This document shows positions 54,531-63,107 of a stretch of DNA of 64,000 nt, one piece after another. Origin of the DNA: an uncultured Clostridia bacterium (GTDB lineage: Bacteria > Bacillota > Clostridia > Christensenellales > UBA1242). Within the stretch, counting starts at the first letter, position 1, and each line of letters begins with the position of its first letter. A model generated the notes under the pieces. The model was not told where the DNA came from, searched no databases, and saw only the letters and a list, made by a program, of their open reading frames with translations. The stretch is taken from assembly GCA_944383385.1 (NCBI GenBank), contig CALWPI010000002.1:4171-68170 (forward strand), written 5' to 3'. The position numbers were made by a program, and so were the translations under genes.

Positions 54531-57148
54531 TGCAATTTTGAGATACTTGCTGTAATTGTGTTCATAAGTTCAGTAAATTTAATCACTTTCTCTTTTTCAG
54601 CATCAATTAGTTGTTTTGGTGCTTTTGCTACAAAGCCAGCATTGTTTAGCATACTATTAGCACGCGTCAACTCTGCTTCAACCTTTTTTAGTTCGTTATT
54701 CAATCGTGCAAGTTCTTTTTCTCTATCTACCATATCATCAGATTTGATATATAATTTTGCAATATCACTAACAACTGTAACGACATCGTCACCAAGTACA
54801 CTTGCGTCATCAATAACACTAATATCTTTACCACTAGCAAGACGACAAATAATTGGCAATGTACTCAAAATATCGCTACCTTTATCCAAAACTTCAATGT
54901 ACATTTTTGGTTTTATATTATCAGCAACATTCATCTTTGCACGAATGTTTCTCACACTTTTTACAAGTGTCATAACTGCGTCCATTGTCGCAGATTCTTT
55001 TTTGTAAGACAGTGATTTGCTTTCTGGATATTTTTCAACCATTATTGATTTGCCGTGGTGTGGCAATTCTTGATAAATTGTTTCCGTCACAAATGGAATG
55101 AGTGGATGTAGCAATTTCAATATATTTTCTAGTACATACAATAACACTACGCAAACATCATTTTTGTCCTTATCTTCGCCATACAATCTAGGTTTGCAGG
55201 TCTCAATATACCAGTCACAAAATTTGTTCCAAACAAACTCGTATAATGTACTGACTACAACACTAATATCATATTTTTCAAAACTCTTTGTCACTGACGC
55301 AATTGTGCTATTGAGTTCACTCAAAATCCATTTATCTACGACAGTCAAATTGACGTCTTTTATATCCTTAGTCTTATAATCAAATGTTTTGATATTTTCT
55401 AAAACAAATCGAGATGCGTTCCACAATTTATTGATAAAATTGCGTGCATTTTCGATTTTTTCATCACCATATTTGCCGTCTTGTCCAATTGCAGTACCGA
55501 TTAGAAGTGATAGTCTCAATGTGTCTGTACCATATTTTTCAATGACTTCGACAGGGTCAATGCCATTTCCTAATGATTTACTCATCTTTCTGCCCTGGCT
55601 ATCTCGAATAAGTCCGTGCATCAATATTTCTCTAAATGGCACTTGTTTTGTATATTCAAGCCCACTAAATATCATTCTAGCAACCCAGAAGAAAATAATA
55701 TCATATGCTGTGACCATTAGACTAGTTGGATAAAAATATTTCATATCTTCACTATCATCTGGCCAACCTAACGTACTAAATGGCCAAAGAGCACTACTAA
55801 ACCAAGTATCCAAACTGTCTGGGTCTTGTGTTAGATGAGTACTGCCACATTTTTCGCATTTTGTAGGGTCTTTTATTGACACATTGTTGTGACCACAATC
55901 GTCGCACTTAAATACTGGTATTCTATGTCCACTCCAAATTTGTCTACTAATACACCAATCATTAATGTTTTCCATCCAAGATAAGTACAAATTTTCAAAT
56001 CTCTTTGGAACAAACTTTATTTCACCTGTTTTTATTACATCAATTGCAGGTTTTGCTAATTCTTTCATAGCAACATACCATTGCTTTGTCACAAATGGTT
56101 CGACCATTGTATGACAACGACAACAATGTCCAACATTGTTGTTATGTTTTTCTATCTTTTCTAGATACCCTTCTTTTTTCAAATCAGCGACTAGTTGTTT
56201 TCTGCATTCTAATCTATCAAGTCCTTCATATTTGCCTGCAAAACTATTCATTGTGCCGTCTTCAGTCATAACAGATATGACTGGCAAATTGTGTCTCGCA
56301 CCAACTTCAAAGTCATTTGGGTCGTGCGCAGGCGTGATTTTGACCATTCCTGTCCCAAATTCTTTGTCAACATATTCATCGGCAATAACAGGAATCTCTT
56401 TATTGACGATAGGCAAAATCAAATTCTTGCCCACCAAATCTTTGTATCTTTCATCGTCTGGATTGACAGCAACAGCAACGTCACCAAACATTGTTTCTGG
56501 TCTTGTGGTTGCAACAGTAATGTGCTTGTCTGTCCCAGCAATTGGATATTGTATATACCAAATATTGCCATTGTGAGCCTCATACTCAACTTCAATATCA
56601 GACAAAGCAGTCTTACAATTTATGCACCAATTAGTTATTCTATTTCCTTCGTATATTAGTCCTTTGTTATAAAGGTGTACAAATGCTTGTCTTACACTTT
56701 GGCTTCTCTTTTCGTCCAGAGTAAAAGCAAGTCTGTCCCAATCACATGAGAGTCCTAATGCTTTGAATTGATTGAGTATCTCCCCACCATATTCTTTGTA
56801 CCAATCTTGCATTACTTCCAAAAACTTTTCTCTGCCAAGTTGTTCTTTTGTAATACCCTGTTGTTTCAATTTTTCAACAACTTTGACTTCGGTGGCAAGA
56901 GCAGCGTGGTCCGTACCTGGCAATAGTAATGCCTCATAACCTTTCATTCTCTTGTAACGAATAATGGTATCTTGAATAGTACAATCATATGCGTGTCCAA
57001 TATGCAATTTTGCAGTAATATTTGGAGGAGGCATAATGATTGTAAAAGGTTGTTTGTTTTTATTGATTTTTGCATGAAAATAACCGGATTTTAACCAGTT
57101 ATCATAAATTTTTTTTTCTACTAAATTAGGTTGAAATGTCTTTTCCAT
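54524..57148 (-). CDS. valS: Valine--tRNA ligase
   Basis: 874 aa with PPPNITAKLHIGHA (HIGH), KMSKSLGN (KMSKS), an editing domain and a C-terminal coiled coil. Confidence 0.98.
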   Translation of the reverse strand: MEKTFQPNLVEKKIYDNWLKSGYFHAKINKNKQPFTIIMPPPNITAKLHIGHAYDCTIQDTIIRYKRMKGYEALLLPGTDHAALATEVKVVEKLKQQGITKEQLGREKFLEVMQDWYKEYGGEILNQFKALGLSCDWDRLAFTLDEKRSQSVRQAFVHLYNKGLIYEGNRITNWCINCKTALSDIEVEYEAHNGNIWYIQYPIAGTDKHITVATTRPETMFGDVAVAVNPDDERYKDLVGKNLILPIVNKEIPVIADEYVDKEFGTGMVKITPAHDPNDFEVGARHNLPVISVMTEDGTMNSFAGKYEGLDRLECRKQLVADLKKEGYLEKIEKHNNNVGHCCRCHTMVEPFVTKQWYVAMKELAKPAIDVIKTGEIKFVPKRFENLYLSWMENINDWCISRQIWSGHRIPVFKCDDCGHNNVSIKDPTKCEKCGSTHLTQDPDSLDTWFSSALWPFSTLGWPDDSEDMKYFYPTSLMVTAYDIIFFWVARMIFSGLEYTKQVPFREILMHGLIRDSQGRKMSKSLGNGIDPVEVIEKYGTDTLRLSLLIGTAIGQDGKYGDEKIENARNFINKLWNASRFVLENIKTFDYKTKDIKDVNLTVVDKWILSELNSTIASVTKSFEKYDISVVVSTLYEFVWNKFCDWYIETCKPRLYGEDKDKNDVCVVLLYVLENILKLLHPLIPFVTETIYQELPHHGKSIMVEKYPESKSLSYKKESATMDAVMTLVKSVRNIRAKMNVADNIKPKMYIEVLDKGSDILSTLPIICRLASGKDISVIDDASVLGDDVVTVVSDIAKLYIKSDDMVDREKELARLNNELKKVEAELTRANSMLNNAGFVAKAPKQLIDAEKEKVIKFTELMNTITASISKLQK

Positions 57149-57166
57149 TTTTATTGTCCTTTATCT

Positions 57167-57439
57167 TTATACAAAATATCCCAAAACAACAAACATTAGA
57201 GCAACAAATATAAATCCAAGTCCTATTGCTTTTAACAAAATAAGAACAGTATCATTGTCGGATATTTCGTTGTTGTTTCTTATTATACGAGTAATACGTT
57301 TTGCAAGCACACTTATAGTAATGCCAAGTATTGCAAAAACAATTGCCCAAATATTTTGTGCAAGACTCAATGATTCAACAATATGGTTCCAAATTGTTGA
57401 TGCAACTGAACCACCTGCTTGTGATAATAAAAATCTCAT
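57167..57439 (-). CDS. Small hypothetical membrane protein (2 TM)
   Basis: 90-aa ORF 18 nt upstream of valS with two hydrophobic helices (IWAIVFAILGITISVL, IGLGFIFVALMFVVLGYF). The RBS is weak (GGGGTAAG). Confidence 0.5.
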   Translation of the reverse strand: MRFLLSQAGGSVASTIWNHIVESLSLAQNIWAIVFAILGITISVLAKRITRIIRNNNEISDNDTVLILLKAIGLGFIFVALMFVVLGYFV

Positions 57440-57517
57440 AATTCTTACCCCATAAATTTTATTTTAGTCGTCCACTTGTATACTAGTGTAAACTAACAAA
57501 ATTCAAACGATTGTAAA

Positions 57518-57534
57518 GTAATTTTCAAAATTAC
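57518..57534. promoter_or_regulatory. Perfect 17-bp palindrome (8-1-8) in the leader of the small-ORF/valS transcript
   Basis: GTAATTTT-C-AAAATTAC, about 15-35 nt downstream of the predicted TSS. It is nested inside TTGTAA...TTACAA. Confidence 0.3.
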
Positions 57535-57556
57535 AACATTCGCATTTCTTGATATG

Positions 57557-57585
57557 ATTATACCACTAGATAGCTCCAATTACAA
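57557..57585 (-). promoter_or_regulatory. Extended -10 sigma-A promoter for the small ORF and valS
   Basis: Minus strand: TTGTAA, 17-nt spacer ending in TGG, then TATAAT. Confidence 0.65.
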
Positions 57586-57921
57586 GCCCCAATTTATTAT
57601 AATAATAAAAATTAACGTTATTACTAGTAAAATATGAGTATTTTAAGTCAATTTGATTTGAATTTTATCAAACACTTTGAACTTGTTTTTATTAATTTTC
57701 AAAAATTAAAATTAACATTCAAAAATAATATTTCAAATAAAATCTAAAATGACAAAATTCATAATAAAAGGTTCAAATCAATATGTCTTGCAACAAAAAT
57801 ATTATAATCAATATCAAAATATTGGCAAGTAAATTGATATAGTTACAAATTTGTATACATACACAAAATATCAAAAATATGAATAAAATAATATAGTTTC
57901 TAATGACACAAGGAGGAAAAA

Positions 57922-58923
57922 ATGAAGAAACTATCACTTTTACTTGCTGTATTTTTGTGTTTATTTTCATTCACTCTTGTCGGCTGTGGCGACAAGAAAG
58001 ACACAATAAGAATAAATGAAGTAACACACAGCATTTTTTATGCCCCACTTTATGTAGCAATCAACGAAGGATATTTTGAAGATGAAGGTATAAATATCGA
58101 ATTGTATCTTGGTAATGGTTCGGATAAGGTTATGACAGCGCTTGTAACCGGCAGCGCAGATATAGGTCTACTTGGACCAGAAGCATGCGTTTATGTCGCA
58201 GCACAAGGCAGAACAGACCTGCCAACAGTTTTTGCTCAACTCACAAAAAAAGACGGTTCATTCTTATTTTCTAGAAATGAAACATTTTCTTGGAGCGAAC
58301 TAGCAGGCAAAGAAATTTTAGCTGGTCGTATTGGTGGAATGCCTGAAATGACACTTGAATATGTCCTTCGCCAAAAAGGATATTCTCTAAATGGCGATGT
58401 CAACCTAAATACACGAGTGTCCTTTGCTGACCAAGGTCCAGCATTTGCACAAGGCACTGGTGACTATACTACACTATTTGAACCAACAGCAACAAATATG
58501 GAGCTAAATGGTCAAGGATATGTCGTTGCAAGTGTTGGCGCAGAAGCCGGCGAAGTGCCTTATACTTGTTTTGCTGCAAACAAATCTTATCTAAATAAAA
58601 ACACAGAAAAGGTAAAATCATTCTTAAAAGCCGTTATGAAAGGATATAAGTTTTTAGAAGAAAAACTTGCTCAAAACGATATTGATGCAGTTTATAATGC
58701 AATTGCACCATCATTTAGTGGCTATGACAGAACAAGCATTTACAAAAGCATAGAAAGTTATTACGAAATTGACGCGTGGACATCAAGTCCAGTCATGCAA
58801 GAATCTGCATATGAAAGACTGCTTGATATTATGCAAGGCGCAGGACAATTGACAACAAGAGTGCCTATGTCACAAATAATTGATAATACTATTGCACAAG
58901 AACTAATAAATGAATTGCAATAA
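57922..58923 (+). CDS. ABC transporter substrate-binding lipoprotein (NMT1/THI5-like, NitT/TauT family)
   Basis: 333 aa with a lipobox LVGCG. IRINEVTHSIFYAPLYVAINEGYFEDEGI is typical of the SsuA/THI5-like SBP fold. RBS AGGAGG. Confidence 0.85.
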   Translation: MKKLSLLLAVFLCLFSFTLVGCGDKKDTIRINEVTHSIFYAPLYVAINEGYFEDEGINIELYLGNGSDKVMTALVTGSADIGLLGPEACVYVAAQGRTDLPTVFAQLTKKDGSFLFSRNETFSWSELAGKEILAGRIGGMPEMTLEYVLRQKGYSLNGDVNLNTRVSFADQGPAFAQGTGDYTTLFEPTATNMELNGQGYVVASVGAEAGEVPYTCFAANKSYLNKNTEKVKSFLKAVMKGYKFLEEKLAQNDIDAVYNAIAPSFSGYDRTSIYKSIESYYEIDAWTSSPVMQESAYERLLDIMQGAGQLTTRVPMSQIIDNTIAQELINELQ

Positions 58924-58950
58924 AATGGGGTCGCCCCCATTTTTATTTTT
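58922..58950 (+). terminator. Intra-operon hairpin/attenuator after the SBP gene
   Basis: AAAATGGGG-TCGC-CCCCATTTT (9 bp) followed by TATTTTT, overlapping the SBP stop codon. Confidence 0.7.
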
Positions 58951-59058
58951 ATAAGACACAATTTTAGTGATAAGAAATCGTCATCACAAACACAAAATAA
59001 ATCGTTACTCAATATAATGAAATATGTAATATTTTATTACAAAAACACGGAGTACAAA

Positions 59059-59874
59059 ATGAATATTTTAGAACTAAAAGATGTGTCACTCACCTATTTT
59101 AGTCCTCGTGGCGAAACTCTCGCCTTAAAAGATATAGATATGCAAATAGAAGAAGGACAATTTATAAGTTTAGTAGGTCCTTCTGGTTGCGGCAAAACAA
59201 CGATATTATCAATAATTAGTGGACTCATGCCTGCAACACATGGCGAGATTTATATAGATGGGGTTTTACAAAATAAACATAAACAAAAGAAAAAATTTTT
59301 TGAAAGAATAAAAACATTAAACAAAAAGAATGTAGATGAGCAAAAATATTACATTGGCTATATGTTTCAAAAAGACCATTTATTTGAATGGTTGACAATA
59401 AAAAAGAATATTTACTTAGGCCTAAACATAATGCACAAAAAGACAAAAGAAAATATGGCATTCGCTGACAACTTACTTAAAAAATATGGATTGTGGGATT
59501 TTAGAAACAAGTACCCAAACGAACTGTCTGGTGGTATGAGACAAAGAGTAGCTCTTATTAGAACACTTGCATTAAATCCAAAGATATTACTACTAGATGA
59601 GCCATTTTCAGCACTCGACTTTCAAACAAGACTCAATGTATGTGATGACGTATATGATATTATAAAAAAAGAAGGAAAAACTGCAATACTAGTCACACAC
59701 GATATTAGTGAAGCAATCAGCATGTCAGACAAAATTTATGTACTTTCAAGCCGTCCTGCAACAATCAAAAAAATATACAATCTTGACTTAAACAAAACGG
59801 TTTCTCCCTTAAAACGTAGAGAAGATGTCAATTTCGTCATATATTTTGACAAAATATGGAGAGATTTGGTATGA
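59059..59874 (+). CDS. ABC transporter ATP-binding protein (NitT/TauT family)
   Basis: I chose the start at MNILELKDVSL (RBS GGAG). Walker A is GPSGCGKTT, the signature is LSGGMRQRVA, and Walker B is LLLDEPFSALD. A Lys-rich insert of about 25 aa precedes the Q-loop. Confidence 0.92.
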   Translation: MNILELKDVSLTYFSPRGETLALKDIDMQIEEGQFISLVGPSGCGKTTILSIISGLMPATHGEIYIDGVLQNKHKQKKKFFERIKTLNKKNVDEQKYYIGYMFQKDHLFEWLTIKKNIYLGLNIMHKKTKENMAFADNLLKKYGLWDFRNKYPNELSGGMRQRVALIRTLALNPKILLLDEPFSALDFQTRLNVCDDVYDIIKKEGKTAILVTHDISEAISMSDKIYVLSSRPATIKKIYNLDLNKTVSPLKRREDVNFVIYFDKIWRDLV

Positions 59875-60680
59875 AAACAAAAAATATTTCAAAAGACTAT
59901 TCTAGGTATTTATTAAAAAGAAAATTGTATAAGATAATGATACTTGCAATGCAGTTTTCTTTGCTTGCAATACTAATTGGAGCATGGGAAATACTCGCTC
60001 AAACCAAAGTCATTGATACATTTATTACATCATGTCCTTCTCGAATATTTAGAAAAATTGTTGAGTTATTTTCGGCCAGTACTATTTGGAATGATATGTT
60101 CGTCACATTATATGAAGCAGTCGTTGCATTTATCATATCCACACTTGGTGGAACACTACTGGCCATTATACTTTGGTGGAATCAAACAATTAGACGTGTA
60201 CTTGAACCATACATTATTGTTCTCAATAGTTTGCCAAAAGTTGCACTTGGACCAATTATTATTTTGATTGTTGGTGTCAATACAAAAGCAATTGTGACAA
60301 TGGCGATTCTTATAATGATTGTTTTATCAACTATCAATATGCTAAACGCATTTTGTGCAATTGATGATAACAAAATATTGCTTCTAAAAAGTATGGGAGC
60401 AAACAAGTTCCAAATATTATTTAGGTTAGTCCTTCCACATAGTCTACCTGATTTTATATCACTACTAAAAATAAATGTAGGTCTTACTTGGGTAGGCACG
60501 ATTATGGGCGAATATCTTGTAAGTTATGCTGGACTTGGTTATCAAATATTACTTGCAAGTCAAGTATTCAATATTGATATGGTTATGGCGTGCACATTTT
60601 TGTTGTGTGTCCTTGCATGTGTCATGTACCTAATCGTTGCATGGATAGAAAAGATTGTGGTAGGCAAATACAAAAAATAA
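59871..60680 (+). CDS. ABC transporter permease (NitT/TauT family)
   Basis: I chose the start at MKTKNISK (ATGA overlap with the ATPase stop). Six TM helices are present, with an EAA-like loop LLKSMGANKFQILFRLVLP. Confidence 0.9.
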   Translation: MKTKNISKDYSRYLLKRKLYKIMILAMQFSLLAILIGAWEILAQTKVIDTFITSCPSRIFRKIVELFSASTIWNDMFVTLYEAVVAFIISTLGGTLLAIILWWNQTIRRVLEPYIIVLNSLPKVALGPIIILIVGVNTKAIVTMAILIMIVLSTINMLNAFCAIDDNKILLLKSMGANKFQILFRLVLPHSLPDFISLLKINVGLTWVGTIMGEYLVSYAGLGYQILLASQVFNIDMVMACTFLLCVLACVMYLIVAWIEKIVVGKYKK

Positions 60681-60701
60681 GGGTCATAACCCTTATTTTT
60701 T
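60672..60701. terminator. Bidirectional terminator between the permease and the YkvI-like gene
   Basis: AAGGGT-CATA-ACCCTT flanked by an A-run and a T-run. It overlaps both convergent stop codons. Confidence 0.65.
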
Positions 60702-61676
60702 ATTAATATTCAATTTAGTCAAATTTACTTCAACTTTTTTATCGACAATAATATGATATGTAAAAAACAAAATAAATACCGTACCTACAACGCCCATTAT
60801 TGGATATGCTTTTTCTACTATTGTACCAAAAGGCATTATACCAATGAGGGTAATTATGCTCAATACTAAAAATTTTGTTATTGATTTTTTATCTTTTAAG
60901 TAATTTTGTGTAGTTAAAAGTGTAAAAATAAGTGATGTGAATATTCCTAAATACAAAATTATATTATATATAATAAAGTAAATCTCGCCCTTTTTCATCA
61001 CAAATGCAAGGATTGGCATATCAATATATTCAAATGTTTGATTAAATAAATTTATTCTAATCAAAAAGATTATTGTAGCAAGTATAATAGAAGATATTAT
61101 ACATGAAGAAACTATGTGTTTCATTTCACTTTTTTCTCCTATTTTTGATAAAACATATCCAGATAAACACAAATTCATTGAGACATAAAATATTGGATAT
61201 AACGGCTTAAAATTTGTGTAAATTTTGTACTGCCCACCACTTGAAAACGTTACGACCAACAACATTATGATAATTGGTACTAATATAGCACTCACCTTTT
61301 GCAGTGCCCCTACTCCAAATGTTGATACTAATAAGGCGATAACTAATGTTATTAGTACAAATAGATATCCAACATATGGAGATATATTGTCTCCAATGCA
61401 CTTTGTCCCTGCAAGCAAACATCCACTCATAATTATATTGGAAAAAAATAAGAATATATCATAATATTTTTTTATTTTGCCGAATTGTATCTTTTTATGA
61501 CCGATATATAAAAATAAGAAACATATACAAAAAAATGATATTGCAAAGATTGTCAACATTAAAAATAACTGTGCCCAACCACAATCAAAAAACACAACGA
61601 TTTCTCGTCCAGATACAAAGCCTGCACCAATAACATAACCGAGTATTAGACTAGTGAGCATAATAGTCTTTTTCAT
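60693..61676 (-). CDS. YkvI-family membrane protein (putative transporter)
   Basis: 327 aa polytopic protein. The N-terminus GYVIGAGFVSGREIVVFF resembles the YkvI family. Confidence 0.7.
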   Translation of the reverse strand: MKKTIMLTSLILGYVIGAGFVSGREIVVFFDCGWAQLFLMLTIFAISFFCICFLFLYIGHKKIQFGKIKKYYDIFLFFSNIIMSGCLLAGTKCIGDNISPYVGYLFVLITLVIALLVSTFGVGALQKVSAILVPIIIMLLVVTFSSGGQYKIYTNFKPLYPIFYVSMNLCLSGYVLSKIGEKSEMKHIVSSCIISSIILATIIFLIRINLFNQTFEYIDMPILAFVMKKGEIYFIIYNIILYLGIFTSLIFTLLTTQNYLKDKKSITKFLVLSIITLIGIMPFGTIVEKAYPIMGVVGTVFILFFTYHIIVDKKVEVNLTKLNINKK

Positions 61677-61696
61677 AGTCTATTATATGTTTTGTT

Positions 61697-61727
61697 AAAA
61701 ATAAAAATGTGAGAAAATCCCACATTT
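61697..61727 (-). terminator. Intrinsic terminator after the zinc-ribbon coiled-coil gene
   Basis: The minus strand reads AAATGTG-9 nt-CACATTT followed by TTATTTTT. Confidence 0.65.
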
Positions 61728-61744
61728 ACTTTGTATTAATAATA

Positions 61745-62437
61745 TTAGTTATTATAGATTATTCTGCCACAATGTTCACAAACAATATACTTTGATGTTT
61801 TTAGTTTATCAAGTTCCTTACTTGGCAATTCCATTCTGCATCCACCACACATTTTACCTGATAATGGCACAAAAACCGGAAATATATTGTCATGTTTTTT
61901 CTCATTATATTTTTCGAGCAAGCCCTTGTCTATTTCTTTTTCTAATGCAAGTTTTTCTTTTTTCAACTTGTCAATTTGTGGACCATATTTTGTCATGTTG
62001 CAATCATATTTATTTTTGGCTTCTTTGTGCATATTACGTGCTTTTACTGCACTATTTCTTGTATTTTCAAAGTCTTTCAATGTTTGTTTGATTTTATCAT
62101 TTATAGCAATCAATGACCTTTCTAAATTATACAAGTCTGCAGTAGACTTGTTTATTTCTCCAATGACTTTGTTTAATTCGTCACACGACATTTCATTTGC
62201 ATCTTTTTCAACTAATTTCTGTATCTTTTTGTAAGTCGCGTCATATGACTGTTTAATCTTCCTATACTCGTCTAACAATGTTTGTGCCTTATTTTCTAGT
62301 GCAATGCTTTTGTTTTGAGCGTCTTTGACTAATTGTGTCATTTTGTTCATAACATTTCTTTCTTCACTATTTTCACAAGCACGTGCAAATTTTTTCAGTT
62401 GCATATCTATTTGTTGGTACTTTATAATATTATCCAT
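61745..62437 (-). CDS. COG1579-type coiled-coil protein with C-terminal C4 zinc ribbon
   Basis: 230 aa with a long coiled coil followed by CGGCRMELP....VCEHCGRIIY. It is downstream of trmK as in many Bacillota. Confidence 0.8.
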   Translation of the reverse strand: MDNIIKYQQIDMQLKKFARACENSEERNVMNKMTQLVKDAQNKSIALENKAQTLLDEYRKIKQSYDATYKKIQKLVEKDANEMSCDELNKVIGEINKSTADLYNLERSLIAINDKIKQTLKDFENTRNSAVKARNMHKEAKNKYDCNMTKYGPQIDKLKKEKLALEKEIDKGLLEKYNEKKHDNIFPVFVPLSGKMCGGCRMELPSKELDKLKTSKYIVCEHCGRIIYNN

Positions 62438-63098
62438 TCTTGACTCCTTTTTTTGATATTTTATGCAAATATTTCAATATCTTTTTGATGTCTTTTTGTT
62501 TATTTTTAGGCACATTTTTGAGTATTTCTTCGTACTTTGCTATGTTTTCTTGCACATAATGTACAAAAGATGGATTATGCGCATCATTCATTCCAAATAA
62601 GAAATTTAACCTTTTGTATTTTGTTTTACCTTGACTATTGACACGCAACACGTCATAGAATTTGCCCTTTTCTTCTATCATTGTGTCCATTTCTATTTTG
62701 TAACCATTATCTGCCAAAAATCTACGAACTTCTTCAACATGATTCATTGGTTGCAAAACTAAATAGCGATAGTTTTTTGGTGCACTTTCTAGTATATGTA
62801 TTATCTCATATCCACCCATTCCCGCAATGATTACAGCATCCACCACACGGTCTTTGATTGCATTAAATCCGTCACCAACGGTGACCTCACAATTTCTTAT
62901 ATTATTTTTTCTTAATAAATCAAGTGTTTTTATTGCGCACATTTCGGATATATCACTGCCAATACCATACTTACATTTACCCGTTTTTAACAATTGGTAT
63001 AAAACTTTTCCGTGGTCACAACCAATATCTGCAACCACATAACATTCGGGCACAGCATCAACAATTGCTTTCATTCTATTCGATAAACTAACTTTCAT
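62430..63098 (-). CDS. trmK: tRNA (adenine22-N1)-methyltransferase TrmK
   Basis: 222 aa with RMKAIVDAV, the SAM motif VADIGCDHG, and IIAGMGG. It is downstream of sigA. Confidence 0.9.
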   Translation of the reverse strand: MKVSLSNRMKAIVDAVPECYVVADIGCDHGKVLYQLLKTGKCKYGIGSDISEMCAIKTLDLLRKNNIRNCEVTVGDGFNAIKDRVVDAVIIAGMGGYEIIHILESAPKNYRYLVLQPMNHVEEVRRFLADNGYKIEMDTMIEEKGKFYDVLRVNSQGKTKYKRLNFLFGMNDAHNPSFVHYVQENIAKYEEILKNVPKNKQKDIKKILKYLHKISKKGVKNG

Positions 63099-63107
63099 AA
63101 TTTTCTC

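Noticed and set aside
57695-57709. CodY-box-like sequences: AATTTTCAAAAATTA here and the palindrome at 57518-57534.
   Set aside because: They match only about 12/15 and 8/15 positions of AATTTTCWGAAAATT in DNA of ~20% GC, and codY is not in its usual place after hslU. This is insufficient to call CodY sites.
57440-57921. Search for a T-box (valS), a TPP/THI-box or another riboswitch (NMT1/THI5-type ABC transporter), and for a small ncRNA or small ORFs in the 480-bp gap.
   Set aside because: I found no T-box conserved sequence, no CUGAGA/ACCUGA TPP core and no GC-rich helices. The candidate small ORFs (37 aa at 57634, 19 aa at 57782) and the track ORF at 57773-57970 lack an RBS and look like AT-rich noise.
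59240-59330. The Lys-rich ~25-aa insert (VLQNKHKQKKKFFERIKTLNKKNVDEQKYY) in the ABC ATPase as a novel domain.
   Set aside because: It is a low-complexity insertion in a surface loop before the Q-loop. There is no structural or motif evidence for a function.
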